Of a stretch of 64,000 bases of DNA, positions 28,807 to 40,298 are shown piece after piece (position 1 is the stretch's first letter; each line of letters opens with the position of its first letter). Both the position numbers and the translations under genes were made by a program. The stretch is taken from positions 2,144,001 through 2,208,000 of the forward strand of contig OY969807.1 of the NCBI GenBank assembly GCA_963703285.1, read 5' to 3'. The DNA is from an uncultured Nitrososphaerota archaeon (lineage in GTDB: Archaea; Thermoproteota; Nitrososphaeria; Nitrososphaerales; Gagatemarchaeaceae). The notes under the pieces are model-generated. The model ran no database searches. It had not been told where the DNA came from and worked only from the letters and a program-made list of their open reading frames with translations.

Positions 28807-29859
28807 ATGCAGTGCCCGAAGTGCGGTGCCCAGAACCCCGACGGCGCAGGGTTCTGCATGAAGTGCGGCACGCCCCTCGGCGGTCAGCAGGCGCCACAGG
28901 CGCAATCTGCGCCGAAGGCTCCGGTCCTCGCGCCGATGAACGCGACCTCGCTCAAGTGCCCCAACTGCGGGGCTCCCATCTCGCCCAAGTTCGGGGAGAT
29001 GGTCATAACATGCGAGTACTGCGGCAGCGGTGTCACGCTCGGCAACACAGGGTGGACCAGCATCTCGAAGTCGACGATGCTCCCCATCAAGTTCGGCGAC
29101 AAGGATCCTATGATAGCCAAGATTCACGATCTGATGGACAAGGGCTTCCTCCACAGGCACCTTCAGGAATCGTCCACGCTGCAGGAGATGACTCTGTCCA
29201 TGGTCCCGTACTGGATCGTCCCGGTCTCGGCCCGCACGTCGATCGTTGCGGCAAACATGCTCCAGCAGACGGCGCAGACGGCCACCACAGCAGCCCTCTT
29301 CGGGGTCGTCCTCGGCGGTCTGGGCGGCGGCATGGGCGGGGGAGGCGGCGGATTCCGCCCCCGGCGCGCCTGGTCACGGGCTCTGCCACCGTTGCGACTC
29401 AGCCTGGGAACGGCCAAGCTCGGCTCGTTCATGGGCGGGGGAATGATGGGCGGCGGTGGGGCGAGGAAGGCCGAGCAGATGGACAACAACTACAACTTCC
29501 CGGTCGTCGCCCTGAAGGCACTTACAGACTACCAGCCCAAGGATTACGTCTTCAACCTGACGGATAGGACCCTCTTCGACGTCTCGAAGATTCCCAAGGG
29601 CATCCCCATCCTCAACGGAGACGTCGGTGAGGATGATGCCAAGAGCCAAGCGAAGACGTTCGTCGACCAGGTCCAATCTCAGAAGGCTCACGAGAAGTAC
29701 CACATGATCCAGCAGATGCACACCGACATGGACGTCGGCGAGGCCGAGCTGCTACACGCTCCGATCTGGTTCGCGAGGTATGACCATAAGGGCGAGAGAA
29801 TCGTTCTCGTCTTCGACGCGAACTCAGGACTCCCCATAACGAGCATGGGCCTGAACTAG
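28807..29859 (+). CDS. zinc-ribbon protein (YdjG-like)
   Basis: CPKCG..FCMKCG, CPNCGA..CEYCG, VPYW, PIW..RY...DANSG. Confidence 0.7.
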   Translation: MQCPKCGAQNPDGAGFCMKCGTPLGGQQAPQAQSAPKAPVLAPMNATSLKCPNCGAPISPKFGEMVITCEYCGSGVTLGNTGWTSISKSTMLPIKFGDKDPMIAKIHDLMDKGFLHRHLQESSTLQEMTLSMVPYWIVPVSARTSIVAANMLQQTAQTATTAALFGVVLGGLGGGMGGGGGGFRPRRAWSRALPPLRLSLGTAKLGSFMGGGMMGGGGARKAEQMDNNYNFPVVALKALTDYQPKDYVFNLTDRTLFDVSKIPKGIPILNGDVGEDDAKSQAKTFVDQVQSQKAHEKYHMIQQMHTDMDVGEAELLHAPIWFARYDHKGERIVLVFDANSGLPITSMGLN

Positions 29860-29864
29860 CCAGC

Positions 29865-30398
29865 TCACGCCCTCCGGATCGAAAACACGACCAGGCTCTC
29901 GTAGAAGAGCTTCGTCCTCGCCTTCTCTTCAATGCGGAGCCCCCTCTCCTTGCAGGCCCGAATGAAGCCGTCCAGATCCGCTTCATCGGACAGAAGAGCA
30001 ACTACGGTCCCCCCGGGCCTCAGCACCCTCAGCGCGTCCTCCAGGAAGGCGAGCGGGACTTCGAGGCCGCCCCTTCCACCGTCGACCGTCGCGTCCTCGA
30101 TCCCGTTGGAAGGCAGGTAAGGCGGGTTGAACGCCACCAGGTCGAAGGTGCGCTCTCTGAAGCACGCCGCCCTGTCGGCCAGGACCACCTCTGCGCTACC
30201 CTTGGCCGCGACCGCGTCGGCGACGGAGACGATGTCTGTCCCTACCACCGTCTCGAATCTGGGGGAGATGCTCTCGAGTATCGCTCCGCTCCCGAAGCCG
30301 ATCTCGAGACAACTCTCGCCTCTGTGCGAGGCAAGCTCGCGGGCGAGCATCGCGGTGTCGTCAGAGGGTAGATAGACGTCGGTCTTGCGGGAGGGCAC
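29865..30398 (-). CDS. HemK2/PrmC-like protein-glutamine methyltransferase
   Basis: VYLPSDDT, LEIGFGSG, FNPPYLP, DGGRGG. Confidence 0.85.
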   Translation of the reverse strand: MPSRKTDVYLPSDDTAMLARELASHRGESCLEIGFGSGAILESISPRFETVVGTDIVSVADAVAAKGSAEVVLADRAACFRERTFDLVAFNPPYLPSNGIEDATVDGGRGGLEVPLAFLEDALRVLRPGGTVVALLSDEADLDGFIRACKERGLRIEEKARTKLFYESLVVFSIRRA

Positions 30399-30426
30399 TT
30401 TCCGATGGACGCCGTCCGAGATGTTC

Positions 30427-31623
30427 TTACGCTTTCCGTCGCTCCACGAGCTTCGCGACCCCCGAGCTGTACTGAGCGGCCTTCTTCGGCGCGGCGGCCA
30501 GTTCGCCCGGCAGCCCGAGCAGGGTCGCCGCCCTCCGGAGCACGACCTTCCTCTCTCTCCCCGCGATCTTGAACCCGAGGGGCAGGCTCAGGGCAAATGC
30601 CGCCACGCTCTCGTCGGCGAAGGGAAACCTCGCCTCCGCATGGCGCCCGCAGGCGAGCTCGTCCCGTATGAATGCCCTCTCGCCGCTCGCGGCTACGTCC
30701 GCGAGCATCATCGCCTCGGCTTCTACCTCGCTTTCCTTCGCCATGCGTGCATACTTCATGTAGCCGCCGAAGAGCTCGTCCGCCAACTGGCCGAGCATGA
30801 TTATCCCGGCGCCGCGCTCTGCCGCCAGCCTCGCGGTCGTGGAGTAGATGCACCAGAGGGCCTTGTCCATCGGAGTCGGTCTGAACGGGAGGTCGAGGGA
30901 GCGAAGCTCACGCTCCACCCTGGGCCCGTCCATCTCCTGCGTCGCGAGCTCCAACCCGAGGGAGTCAGCGCCCCTCTTGGCCTGCTCCTGGTCCCTTGAG
31001 CCCGAGACGAAGGCGCTGCAAAGGACCACCTCTGCGCTTCTCGCAGCGATGAGGGCGAGAAGCGAGCTGTCCAGCCCTCCTGAAAACGAGACGGCCACCC
31101 TCCTCCTACTTCCGACGCGTTTCGCTACGGCCTGGTTCAGGATGCTTGCAAGTTCGGCAGCACAACCTTCGAGGGCTGGTGGGGCCCCGCAGATCTCCAG
31201 TGCCGACGTCTTCAGCTCCATGGACTCCGCGGCCATCCTCGCCCCGTTGGGGAGGAGCCTCGGAGCTTCCGCGAAGAACCTGTGGTCGCTGGCGATGCAG
31301 GTTCCGGTCGAGTTGACGTAGAGCGGTCTGGTCCCGAGCCTGTCCCTCGCGGCCACGAAGGTTTCGTTCTCGAGGGTCAGCATTGAGTACTCGCCGCCGC
31401 CCCCGGGCTCCAGCCCGTCGCCCTCGACGAATCCGTGGACGAAGGGTGGGCTGCGACCAGCATCGAGGGCGTAGGCGACGACCACCCCATCCTCGCACCA
31501 GGAGTCCGAATCGATGGTCACCTCGGTGCCGAACCTCCGAATCCTTTCTGACGCTCTCCGCGCCATTGCGAGGCGGTCCGGACCCCTGACGAGAGCGAAG
31601 CCGTTTGTCCTCATCCCAGCCAT
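30427..31623 (-). CDS. asparagine synthase-related protein (degenerate glutaminase domain)
   Basis: ARDRLGTRPLY, FSGGLDSS, GQLADELFGGY, KKAAQYSSG. Confidence 0.8.
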   Translation of the reverse strand: MAGMRTNGFALVRGPDRLAMARRASERIRRFGTEVTIDSDSWCEDGVVVAYALDAGRSPPFVHGFVEGDGLEPGGGGEYSMLTLENETFVAARDRLGTRPLYVNSTGTCIASDHRFFAEAPRLLPNGARMAAESMELKTSALEICGAPPALEGCAAELASILNQAVAKRVGSRRRVAVSFSGGLDSSLLALIAARSAEVVLCSAFVSGSRDQEQAKRGADSLGLELATQEMDGPRVERELRSLDLPFRPTPMDKALWCIYSTTARLAAERGAGIIMLGQLADELFGGYMKYARMAKESEVEAEAMMLADVAASGERAFIRDELACGRHAEARFPFADESVAAFALSLPLGFKIAGRERKVVLRRAATLLGLPGELAAAPKKAAQYSSGVAKLVERRKA

Positions 31624-31717
31624 CGACCGGCGCGCTCGGCCCGCTTAGTCTTTTGGGGCATCCGGAGAGTCGGGGTTCACAAACCTTAAGAAACTCCGAG
31701 AGGGGCCGCGATTTATC

Positions 31718-32776
31718 TTGCGGATCTCCAGAGTCGTGATCGTCGTCGTGGCAGTTGTCATCATAGCCCTGCTGGCGCTCTTCATCTACGCGCAGTTTGG
31801 TCCGTCGTCCTCTTCATCCACGTGGGCCACGGGGCCGGACTACCCGTTGGAGGGAAGCGATACGGGCGGCGTCGTCGGACAGTCCTGCGTGAACGGGACT
31901 GCGAGCATCGTCTGCATAGGAGGGATCGATTACAACGGCGCCTCTCGCAACGATGTCTACTCGGCCACGGTCGCGGCATCGGGAATCAGCTCCTGGGTCC
32001 AAGACTCGAACTACCCGCAGACGGTGGGCCTCCAGTCGTGCGTCTCATACGGCGGCTACGTCTATTGCGTGGGGGGCTCCTACGACGATGCTGGGGATGA
32101 CATTAGCTCGAGCTACTACGCCCCGCTGTCCAGCTCCACCGTAGGTTCGTGGGCACCCACCACGGCCTACCCCGTCCCGATAGACAGTCAGACGTGCGCG
32201 GCAGCCTCCGGTTACGTCTACTGCCTGGCGGGAGAGAACGAGACGGACGGAACCAACTCCACTGTGACCCCCAGCAACTCGGCTTACTACGCGCCCCTCT
32301 CCTCCACGGGAATCGGTGCCTGGGTTCACACCACGGCGTACCCGCAAGCCGTGTCCTTCGAGGATTGCGCCGCCTCGGCTAGCGACATATTCTGCGTCGG
32401 GGGACTCGACATCAACGGCAACGGGGTCAGCGACGTCTACTACGCCCCCATCTCGGCCTCGGGCATCGGTCAGTGGTCGTCCACTAACGCCTATCCCTTC
32501 CTGGCGTACGGGCAGACCTGCGTCGTATCCTCCTCGAGCATAATTTGCGTAGGCGGTATTCCGAACGGGACTACGTCTGCGTCCGACAGCGTCTACTCGG
32601 CGCCCATCTCCGCGAGCGGCGTCGGGACGTGGCATCGCGCGCCGAACTACCCGGTCGGCGTGGAGACGGCGTGTGCCGTGGCCGCGGGGAACCTGTACTG
32701 CGTCGGGGGCTATCAGGACAGCTCCACGATATCTTATGCGACCTACTACGCGACGGTCCAGTCCCTGCTGGGCTAG
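31718..32776 (+). CDS. membrane-anchored Cys-rich Kelch-like beta-propeller
   Basis: Six repeats W....YP.....C......C(V/I/L)(G/A)G after an N-terminal TM helix. Confidence 0.8.
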   Translation: MRISRVVIVVVAVVIIALLALFIYAQFGPSSSSSTWATGPDYPLEGSDTGGVVGQSCVNGTASIVCIGGIDYNGASRNDVYSATVAASGISSWVQDSNYPQTVGLQSCVSYGGYVYCVGGSYDDAGDDISSSYYAPLSSSTVGSWAPTTAYPVPIDSQTCAAASGYVYCLAGENETDGTNSTVTPSNSAYYAPLSSTGIGAWVHTTAYPQAVSFEDCAASASDIFCVGGLDINGNGVSDVYYAPISASGIGQWSSTNAYPFLAYGQTCVVSSSSIICVGGIPNGTTSASDSVYSAPISASGVGTWHRAPNYPVGVETACAVAAGNLYCVGGYQDSSTISYATYYATVQSLLG

Positions 32777-32807
32777 GCTGACCAAGACCCGGGCGACCCG
32801 GACGGCG

Positions 32808-34947
32808 TCATCTCGTCGCCTCTTCCTTGATCTTCCTCGCGACCGTTGGACCGATCTTCTCGACGCCCGCGAGCCTCTCCGCGCTAGCCTCCCTGATCGA
32901 CTTCAGGGTGGTGAAGCCCGCCGAGTAGAGCGAGCGCGCCCTCGCCCTCCCGACGCCCTCGAGCTTCGTGAGCTCGACGAGCTCTCCCCTTATGCCGCTC
33001 TGGACCCGCTTCCGGAGGAACTCGGCCTCCTTGATCAGCTCGTGCTTACCGTAGAGCCTGGCCAGCTCCGAGAGGCAGTAGAGGAGCCAGTCCGCGTTCT
33101 CCACCGCCCGGTGGAGGTCCCCGGGCTCGACCCCGAGCTTCTCCAGTATAGCGTCGTCCCTCCACTCCTGTATCCACGAGTCGATCACCATGACCGTCCG
33201 CATCTCCTGGAGCAGGTCGTCGAGGTCGAGGCGAGACGAGGAGCCGCCCTCGGTGATGAAGGACCCCCGGTTGGCATCCAGGAACTCGTAGGCCTGGTCG
33301 TACTGCTTCTCGCGGAGGGGGAACTTCGGCTCGAAGTCGGGGCTCCTCGTGAACAGGTGTATCAGGCCCAGAGTGTGGTCCTCCGTCTTCTCGATGGCTC
33401 CCATGCTCTTCCTGAAGAGGACCCCGGTCATAGGGTCGATGTACAGCGTGGAGACCCTCTTCCCGAATCCGGTCGCATGGAAGACGCCGCTCTTGTCGAG
33501 GATGAGCCCCTCGCTGAGGAGGTACCCGAGCGCCGTGTCGATGTGCCTGCCCACCCTCTCGGCCCCCACCTGCGCCGCCAGCAGCGTCTTGGAGAAGAGG
33601 TCCTCGATCTGTGCCCTCGAGGACCCGAAGCTGCTCGCGATCGCCGCCAGGAGGTGTATCCGCATCCCCCTCTCCCCCCCAAGCCCCGACTCGATTGGCT
33701 CCGGCTCAGACTTGGTGAAGTGCTCGAGGACGTCCAACGGCACGTAGGTCGAGGGAGGGACGATCACCGCCTCGCCGTGGTCGTCGTACTGGGGCCGGCC
33801 CGCGCGCCCTGCCATCTGCCTGTACTCCAGGACCGATATCATCGAGTTCATCCCCGTCTCGACGTCGTAGCGCCCCAGGTCCGCGATGACGACCCTCCTC
33901 GCGGGGATGTTCACGCCCGCGGCAAGCGTGGGAGTGCTGGACAGGACCTTTATCGCCCTCAGCCTGTAGTAGTCCTCGATTATCTTCCTGTGCTCGTAGG
34001 CCAGGCCGGCGTGGTGGAAGGCCGAGCCCCTCTCGACTATCTCCGCCAGGAGCCTGCTCAGCCCGGTCTCCTCCCCGCTGTCGCGTATCCTCGACGCCGC
34101 CTCCCGGCAGAGGCCCCGCTCCGGCTCGCTCAGGAACCTCGAGGTAAGCTCAGATGCCTTTGTCGCCAGGCTCACAGCCCTCCGCCTCGTGCCCGCGAAG
34201 ATCAGCGACTGACCTCCTCCCTTCACGGAGTCTATCGCCACGTCGATGGGCGGCCCCTGGTTCGACCTGACGACGGGGACCTCGCTGTCCGGGTTGAAGA
34301 TTATCCTCCCGTAGTCGTAGACCCCCTCCCTGAGGGGGACGGGCCTCCAGTCCACAGCTACAAGGTCCGACCTGAGCCAACGCGCTATCTCGCCGGAGTT
34401 GCTTATGGTCGCCGAGAGCGATATGAGCTGGGCGCCGAGGCCGAGGTGGATCACCTTCGTCAGAATCATCTCGAGGGTGGGTCCCCTGTCGCCGCTCCCC
34501 GCGAGATGGACCTCGTCTGAGACGAAGAGGCCCACGGAACGAAGCCAGCTGACGCCGTGGCGTGAGGATCGAGTCGAACTTCTCGTTCGTGAGCACGAGG
34601 AAGTCGAACCTGCCCAGAGCCTCGCCGCTCCCGTCGAAGTCCCCCGTCGCTATGGCGCACCTTATCCCGAACCGCTCGAGCTTCTTGAACTCCGCGTACT
34701 TCTCGGAGGCTAGCGCCCGGAGGGGGCTGAGGTAGACGACCTTCCTCCCCTCCTTCAGCTTCTTGTAGGCGGCCATCATTGCGATGAGCGTCTTCCCCGA
34801 GGCCGTCGGGGACGCGATGACGAGGTTCTTCCCCTCCAGGAGCCCTGCCTTGACGGCGGCCTCCTGCGGCGGGTACAGCTCCCTGAACCCTTCCTCCGCC
34901 AGGAAGGCGGAGAACTCGCTGGGAAGGCCCAGGTCTTCGAAGTTCAT
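32808..34947 (-). CDS. hel308: Hel308/Hjm SF2 helicase (apparent 1-nt frameshift near 34563)
   Basis: PTASGKT, DEVH, LSAT, FHHAGL, TLAAGVN, QMAGRAGR, C-terminal HhH. Confidence 0.9.
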
Positions 34948-34962
34948 GCGACCAGCCCGGTT

Positions 34963-37900
34963 CTAGGCTTGCACCCTTCTGTAGAACCCTGGCTTGTTCT
35001 CCCAGATTATCCCTTCCTTGATGAGCTTCTGAATCATGCTTGTCGACCTCGTCGTCGTTCTTGAACCTCCCGGTCTTGTTCAGCTCCTCCCTGAAGAGCT
35101 TGAGCTCCACCGGCTTCTTGTCCTGCCCCTCCATCGTCCTGAAGATGTCCATCGAGGTCGAGAGCTTCCCCCTCTCTCCGGCGGGCTGCCCTATCAGTAT
35201 CCCGAAGTCCGCCTTCGTCTTCGTCTCGGTGTCCGTGAGGACGTCCTCGACCATCCTGTTCATGAGCGAGATGGCCGTCGAGCGCGTCCTCCTCCAGGAC
35301 CAGCTCCCTGAGCATCAGCCTGGCCTTGGCGCTCGAGAGCCGGATGAGCGACTCTAGGGTCCTCGGCGTCGCGCCGATCTGCCCCTCGGCGACGCTCCTC
35401 CTGAGCTGGAGGTAGTACTCCTTCAGGCGGTTCTCCGCCTCCTTGGTGAGCGTCGGCGAGATCTTCTTCGCGTAGGCGATGTACTTCTTCATGAGGTCGA
35501 ACTGGACCGGGGGAGGCTCGCTGTAGCCCCTCCGCCTGTGGACGTCGAGTATGTGCGTTGCGAGCCTCTCGTCCTGGGCGGGGCTGGGGTTGTCCTTGAT
35601 CACGAAGATGAGGTCGAACCTGGTCAGCAGGGGGATGGGGAGCGTTACGTTGTCGGTGAGGTTCTTGTACGCATCGTACTTCCCGAAGATGGGGTTGGCG
35701 GCCGCAAGGATCGAGGTCCGCGCGTTGAGCGTGGCGTAGATCCCCCCCTTTGCTATGGTGACTGTGTTGTGCAGGATCACGCCAGCCGAGACGAAGTTGT
35801 GGCTCGGTTCGACCGTGACGTCGTACGTCCACTCGACCTTCTCGGGTCCGGAATTATCGACGCGTTCGATGCCTGTAACCCTGAGGAAACGCAGCCTCAT
35901 GAGACCATTTAGATGTGACATGATATCGACAGACTCGAACTGCATCCTGAGTGCCGCCCTGACTCTGGTCACGACGTTCCGCCTCTCCTCTCTTGTGTAG
36001 CCCCCACGCTCAGCATAGTCTATCGCCCCTCGCGGGATGCCCGCCAGGTCCGCCAGTCTCTGCTGCGACCATCCCGACGCTTTGCGCAGCTCCCGAAGAG
36101 AACATGTGCTCTCATCCAACTTATGAAGCACACTGATGCGTCTCCGCTCCAGCGATTGGAGGCGGTTCGCCATCACCAAGACGGTGATCCCATGCCCAGA
36201 CGACAAATGCCTGTGGAATTCTCCGTCGTATCGGAGACCGAGCTGCTTGAGGAGGGAGATGTACATCCTCGCTGCGTTCGCAGGCAATACGTCGTGCTTG
36301 CGATTGTGCCTCCCGCTCCTCTGTACGAGCCTGCTGATCGCGCCGTATCTAGGGTCCAGAGGATGCACCACCGTTGCGAAGAACTTCTCTAGGGAGTCCC
36401 CGGTTATGTAGACCTTGAAAGAATCGTTGGAGCGGTCGACGTTTATCCTCGATGCAACCCCGAGCTTTAGCAGAAGGTCCTGATAGTCCTCCGCCAGTCC
36501 CTGCGAAGCCGTCCTGTAGCAGACTGCTTCGGTCTCCACGCTACCGTCTCCGAGGAATGCCGAGGTCAGGAACTCGTTGATGTGCGCGACAGATGCTCCA
36601 AGTATCTTTGCGGGGGCCCTCTTCTGCCTAGCTTTGTGAACCATTTCCGGGAAGTTGAGCCGGAGCCACGCGTGAAGGGTTGTCGAGACGTATCGGAGGC
36701 CCGCGTCCCTGCCTTCCGACTTCCTGAGGGTCGGTTCAATCTTGAACTCGTCCCGCATCAACCCTCGCATCTCGTCGAGCAGCCGTAGATCAAGATTCGT
36801 GAAATCGACCTCCACCGAAGACCCCTCGTAGAAGTTCCCCTCCGAGATCAGGTATCCTAGGATCCTGGCAGTCCTGAGTGAGAGGGTCGAGGGCTGGGCT
36901 ATCTCCTTCCTTTGCGGCGTAGTGGCCTGTTCCGTAAGCTGCACGGGGAGCGAGGAGTTTGGAATCGACCTCGGGGCGGGGGCGAAATCTCCAACCTGCA
37001 GGTCCTCGGCCTTCACGGTGGCGATGCCGGCGTCGCGGTAGACGAACACGGGGTGTTCAGGCGTTACCAAGATGGACCTTCCGTTCGTGTAACTTATCCT
37101 CACGAAGTATCTTGGAGCCTTGTGCCGGCTGACGCAATCGATAGGCGTCTTTGCGATGCTTCCGTCGCTCAGGCTCGCAGAGAACAGCTGAACCGGGCGT
37201 CCAAGCCGTGCGACCTCACAGTACTGTCCCTTTACCGTCCTGGTATCCTTTTCACGGAGCGCGCCTTCGACGAAGTCACCTATCCTCACCTTCCTTCCAT
37301 CCGAGAGCAGAATCTCGGTGGAAGGGTGGTACGACTGCTGCTCCATCTGCTCATGGAGGGCGCTGCGGTCGTCCTCCTTCATCTTGTCAAATTCGTCTAT
37401 GCAGGCGATTCCTTGGTCCGCCAAGACCACCACTCCCGCCTCAAGCATGAACGTGTTCTTCTCGCGTATGACCGCCGCCGACAGACCCGCAGCCGTCGAA
37501 CCCTTGCCACTGGCGAACATCCCTCTCGGAGCGACCTGGGCTGCGAACTTCAGCATCTCCGACTTGGCCACGCCCGGGTCGCCGACGACGAAGACGTTGA
37601 TGTCACCCCTCAGCTTCGTCCCGTCAGGAAGTATGGTCTGCGGCCCTCCGACGAGGAGCAGCAGTATCGCCTCCTTCACCGCCTCGTGCCCGAGTATCGC
37701 CGGCGCGACCGACCTTATGAGCCTCTGGTAGGCGTCCGGGTTCGCGGCCACGCTCCTGATCAGGAACTCGTCCTCCTTCGTGATCTGGATCTGGCCTGGG
37801 TCCTTCCCAGCGACCTCGATGAGGTTGGCCTCGATCTTCGACCTGAAGACCCTCGTCCTCGCCTGCCCAGGCGTGATGTCGGGCTCCGCCCTTACTACGC

Positions 37901-38582
37901 CGCTGAGCACTATCCTGTCTCCTGGCCGCGCGGTGTTCACGATGTCCCCAATCACGTCGACGTCGAAGAAACGGGGAAGCTGTCCCGGCGGCAGCTCCTC
38001 GGGAAGCTCCTGCACCCTCAGGATCTGGCTGTCGATAAAGGAGCTCTTCTTCTCGTCCAGGGCCAGGTTCCTCGTCTCCTCGCACCCGTCGCACTTCAGG
38101 GGGTGCTTTATGACGAAGCCGTCTTGGAGGACCTTTGTGATGTGTCCGTTGGGGCAGACGAAGGCCCCGTCGGTGAGCAGCGGCCTGAGCTCCGAGCTCC
38201 GGACCACCATCCCGGCGACGGCGATCATCTTGTCGAGGTGGGAGGTGTTCACCTTTCGTAGCGAGATCTTGTCGGTGATCCCCCTTATCCTGACCTCGAG
38301 GGCGCCCTGCACCTGCACAGCGTAGGAGGCGTTCTCCGTGCTTAGGACCTCGAAGGCCGCCGTCTTGAACTCCCTCAGCGAGTCGTCGGGCTGCGAGAGC
38401 AGCCTCTCGCCGAGGTCGGTGTTGAACTGTATGATGTCCTCGTAGTCGACCACGACCGAGCTCTCGCCGGTGGCCGCGAGCTGCGCCATCCTCTCCCTGT
38501 ACTTGTAGGTCCCTCCCTTATCCTGCCACGTCCTCAGGAACTCCTCGAAGAGCTCAGACAGCTTCCGCGTTATCACGGCCAT
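34963..38582 (-). CDS. mcm: MCM replicative helicase with intein (apparent frameshifts near 35279 and 35039)
   Basis: GDPGVAKS, IDEFDKM, AAANP, LTRFDL, TPRTLESLIRLS; wH tail recovered across two shifts. Confidence 0.93.
35766..37334 (-). mobile_element. 523-aa intein with LAGLIDADG homing endonuclease and XRE-type HTH
   Basis: MEQQ|SYHP...VTPEHP...LGYLISEG...AFLGDGS...YDVTV...ILHN|TVTIAK. Confidence 0.93.
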
Positions 38583-39150
38583 CTAGGACTCCCCCAGCAA
38601 CGCGCTCTTCCACTCATCGGAGGCCGACCGCGAGGCAGTAAAAAAGACCCTCTCCTCCGGAGTTATCTTGTCCCCGACCGACTGAAGGCTCGCGGAGGAG
38701 CTCATAGAGAGCAGCTTGGACAGCCTGCGGCCAATAAGGTCGTAGCACGTCTGCCTCAGCCTCTCGTAGTCTTCCCTCCTGTACCTCCCCTTCTCCGACC
38801 CCTCCCTTATCGCCGCGAGCCTCCTGCGCATCCTCAGGTAGAAGTTGGCCTGGAGGGGCGAGAGCTGCGGGGCGCTCAGCATCTTCTCCCTGGTGAGTGC
38901 CTTGAAGATCTCGGTCTCGAACGGCTCCTCTTCTATCTCGGCTATGCTTCAGTTCGGCCAGCTCCTCGGCGACCCACCGGGGAAGCTCCGCCGCCTCGCC
39001 CTGCCTCATCTTCGGGATGGCCACGTCGCCCACCTCCATTCCGTCGAAGGAGGACTTGGCGCTCACCCTCACTGGGGCGAGCAAGAACTCCCGCTCGCGC
39101 CGCATGAAAAGTTCGGTGATGACCTTCCCGCCTTCTCCAACAGAGCTCAA
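38583..39150 (-). CDS. GINS23 subunit (apparent frameshift near 38948)
   Basis: ELPRWVAEEL, LSPL..NFY, RRLSKL, ITPEE; directly upstream of mcm. Confidence 0.8.
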
Positions 39151-39206
39151 GGCAATCTCCTAGCAGGGAAAATCCGAGACGTTCAATGGATTAAATAAGT
39201 GTATAT

Positions 39207-40187
39207 CTAGAAATCGACCCATCCGCCGACCCCGGACTTCACCGCGCTCGAATAGACCATCCATCCGACCGCGTTGTCCTCGAAGGCGAGCCCGACAGCC
39301 TTGAAGACGGTGACCTCCGAATCGTCGCGCCTCCCTCCCACGCTCCCGGACACCAGGCCCGCGAGGTCGCCCCGCACCCGCTCCCTGGAGATGGCTCCTT
39401 CCCGGATGGGTATCAGGACGTCCCCCGCCTCCTCCATCGCCGCCTCGACCGAGTCGACGTAGAGCGATGCCTTCGAGACCAGGCTCGTCCCGAGCTCCCT
39501 GGCGTCGGGGGTGTACGCGCCGATGGCTATGACGTGGGTCCCGGGGCGCACGTCGTCGGCGTCGAGGAGCGGGTTCTTCGAGGTGGTAGCCGTGACGACC
39601 ACGTCCGCCCGGGAGGCCGCGTCCCTGACCGTGTCGCTGGCGGACGCCTCAAGCCGAAGCTCCTTCTCGCACCTCTCCACGAGCCTCTTCTGCCTCCCCC
39701 TGTCTACGTCGAAGATCGAGACCCTCCTTATCCCCAGCTGTGACGCGACACCGCCTATCTGGAAGAAACCCTGCCCCCCGGCGCCTATCATCGCCAGGCT
39801 CTCGGAGTCCCTCCTCGCGAGATACCGACAGGAGAGACCGGAGACCGCCCCAGTCCTGATGCCTGTGAGGCCGGTGCCCCCCATGATGCACTTGATCTGC
39901 CCGTCCTTGCCGTCTATCAGCAGGAGGACGGCGCGGGTGGAGGGCACGTCCCTCCCCAGGTCGGGGTAGACGCTTACGATCTTGAGGCTCGCCGTCTCGC
40001 GCCTCTCCCTGATCAGGGACGGCATGAGCAGGATGTTCCTCACGTCCGACATGCGGAACCTCGTCCGTGTTGGTGACTCTACGCTGCCGCTCGGAACGAG
40101 CTGGAACGCCCTCTGAAGCTCATCCACCGATCCCCGCATGTCTGCCAGGGAGAGCACCTGTTCGTCAGTGAGCGTGAGGATTCTCAA
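39207..40187 (-). CDS. ornithine cyclodeaminase/mu-crystallin family protein
   Basis: LLMP, KIVSVYP, LTGIRTGA, IGAGGQ, FKAVGLAFED. Confidence 0.88.
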   Translation of the reverse strand: MRILTLTDEQVLSLADMRGSVDELQRAFQLVPSGSVESPTRTRFRMSDVRNILLMPSLIRERRETASLKIVSVYPDLGRDVPSTRAVLLLIDGKDGQIKCIMGGTGLTGIRTGAVSGLSCRYLARRDSESLAMIGAGGQGFFQIGGVASQLGIRRVSIFDVDRGRQKRLVERCEKELRLEASASDTVRDAASRADVVVTATTSKNPLLDADDVRPGTHVIAIGAYTPDARELGTSLVSKASLYVDSVEAAMEEAGDVLIPIREGAISRERVRGDLAGLVSGSVGGRRDDSEVTVFKAVGLAFEDNAVGWMVYSSAVKSGVGGWVDF

Positions 40188-40298
40188 GGCCGGCCCGCGT
40201 GTCGGTTCCCCCTCCACGACCCTATTTATGCAGCCCGCGACGTCTTGAGGTGCTTTATTATATCCTGATTCCGGGCGATGTGACATCATGCTCCTTCG

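Noticed and set aside
29340-29430. Odd FRPRRAWSRALPP segment inside the Gly-rich tract as an in-frame intron
   Set aside because: No stop codon and no convincing BHB; can be a variable linker
32673-34520. Long antisense ORFs (615 aa here; also 120-1085, 36912-38261, 43553-45184, 53266-54717, 60947-62236)
   Set aside because: Shadow ORFs opposite well-supported genes, expected at high GC
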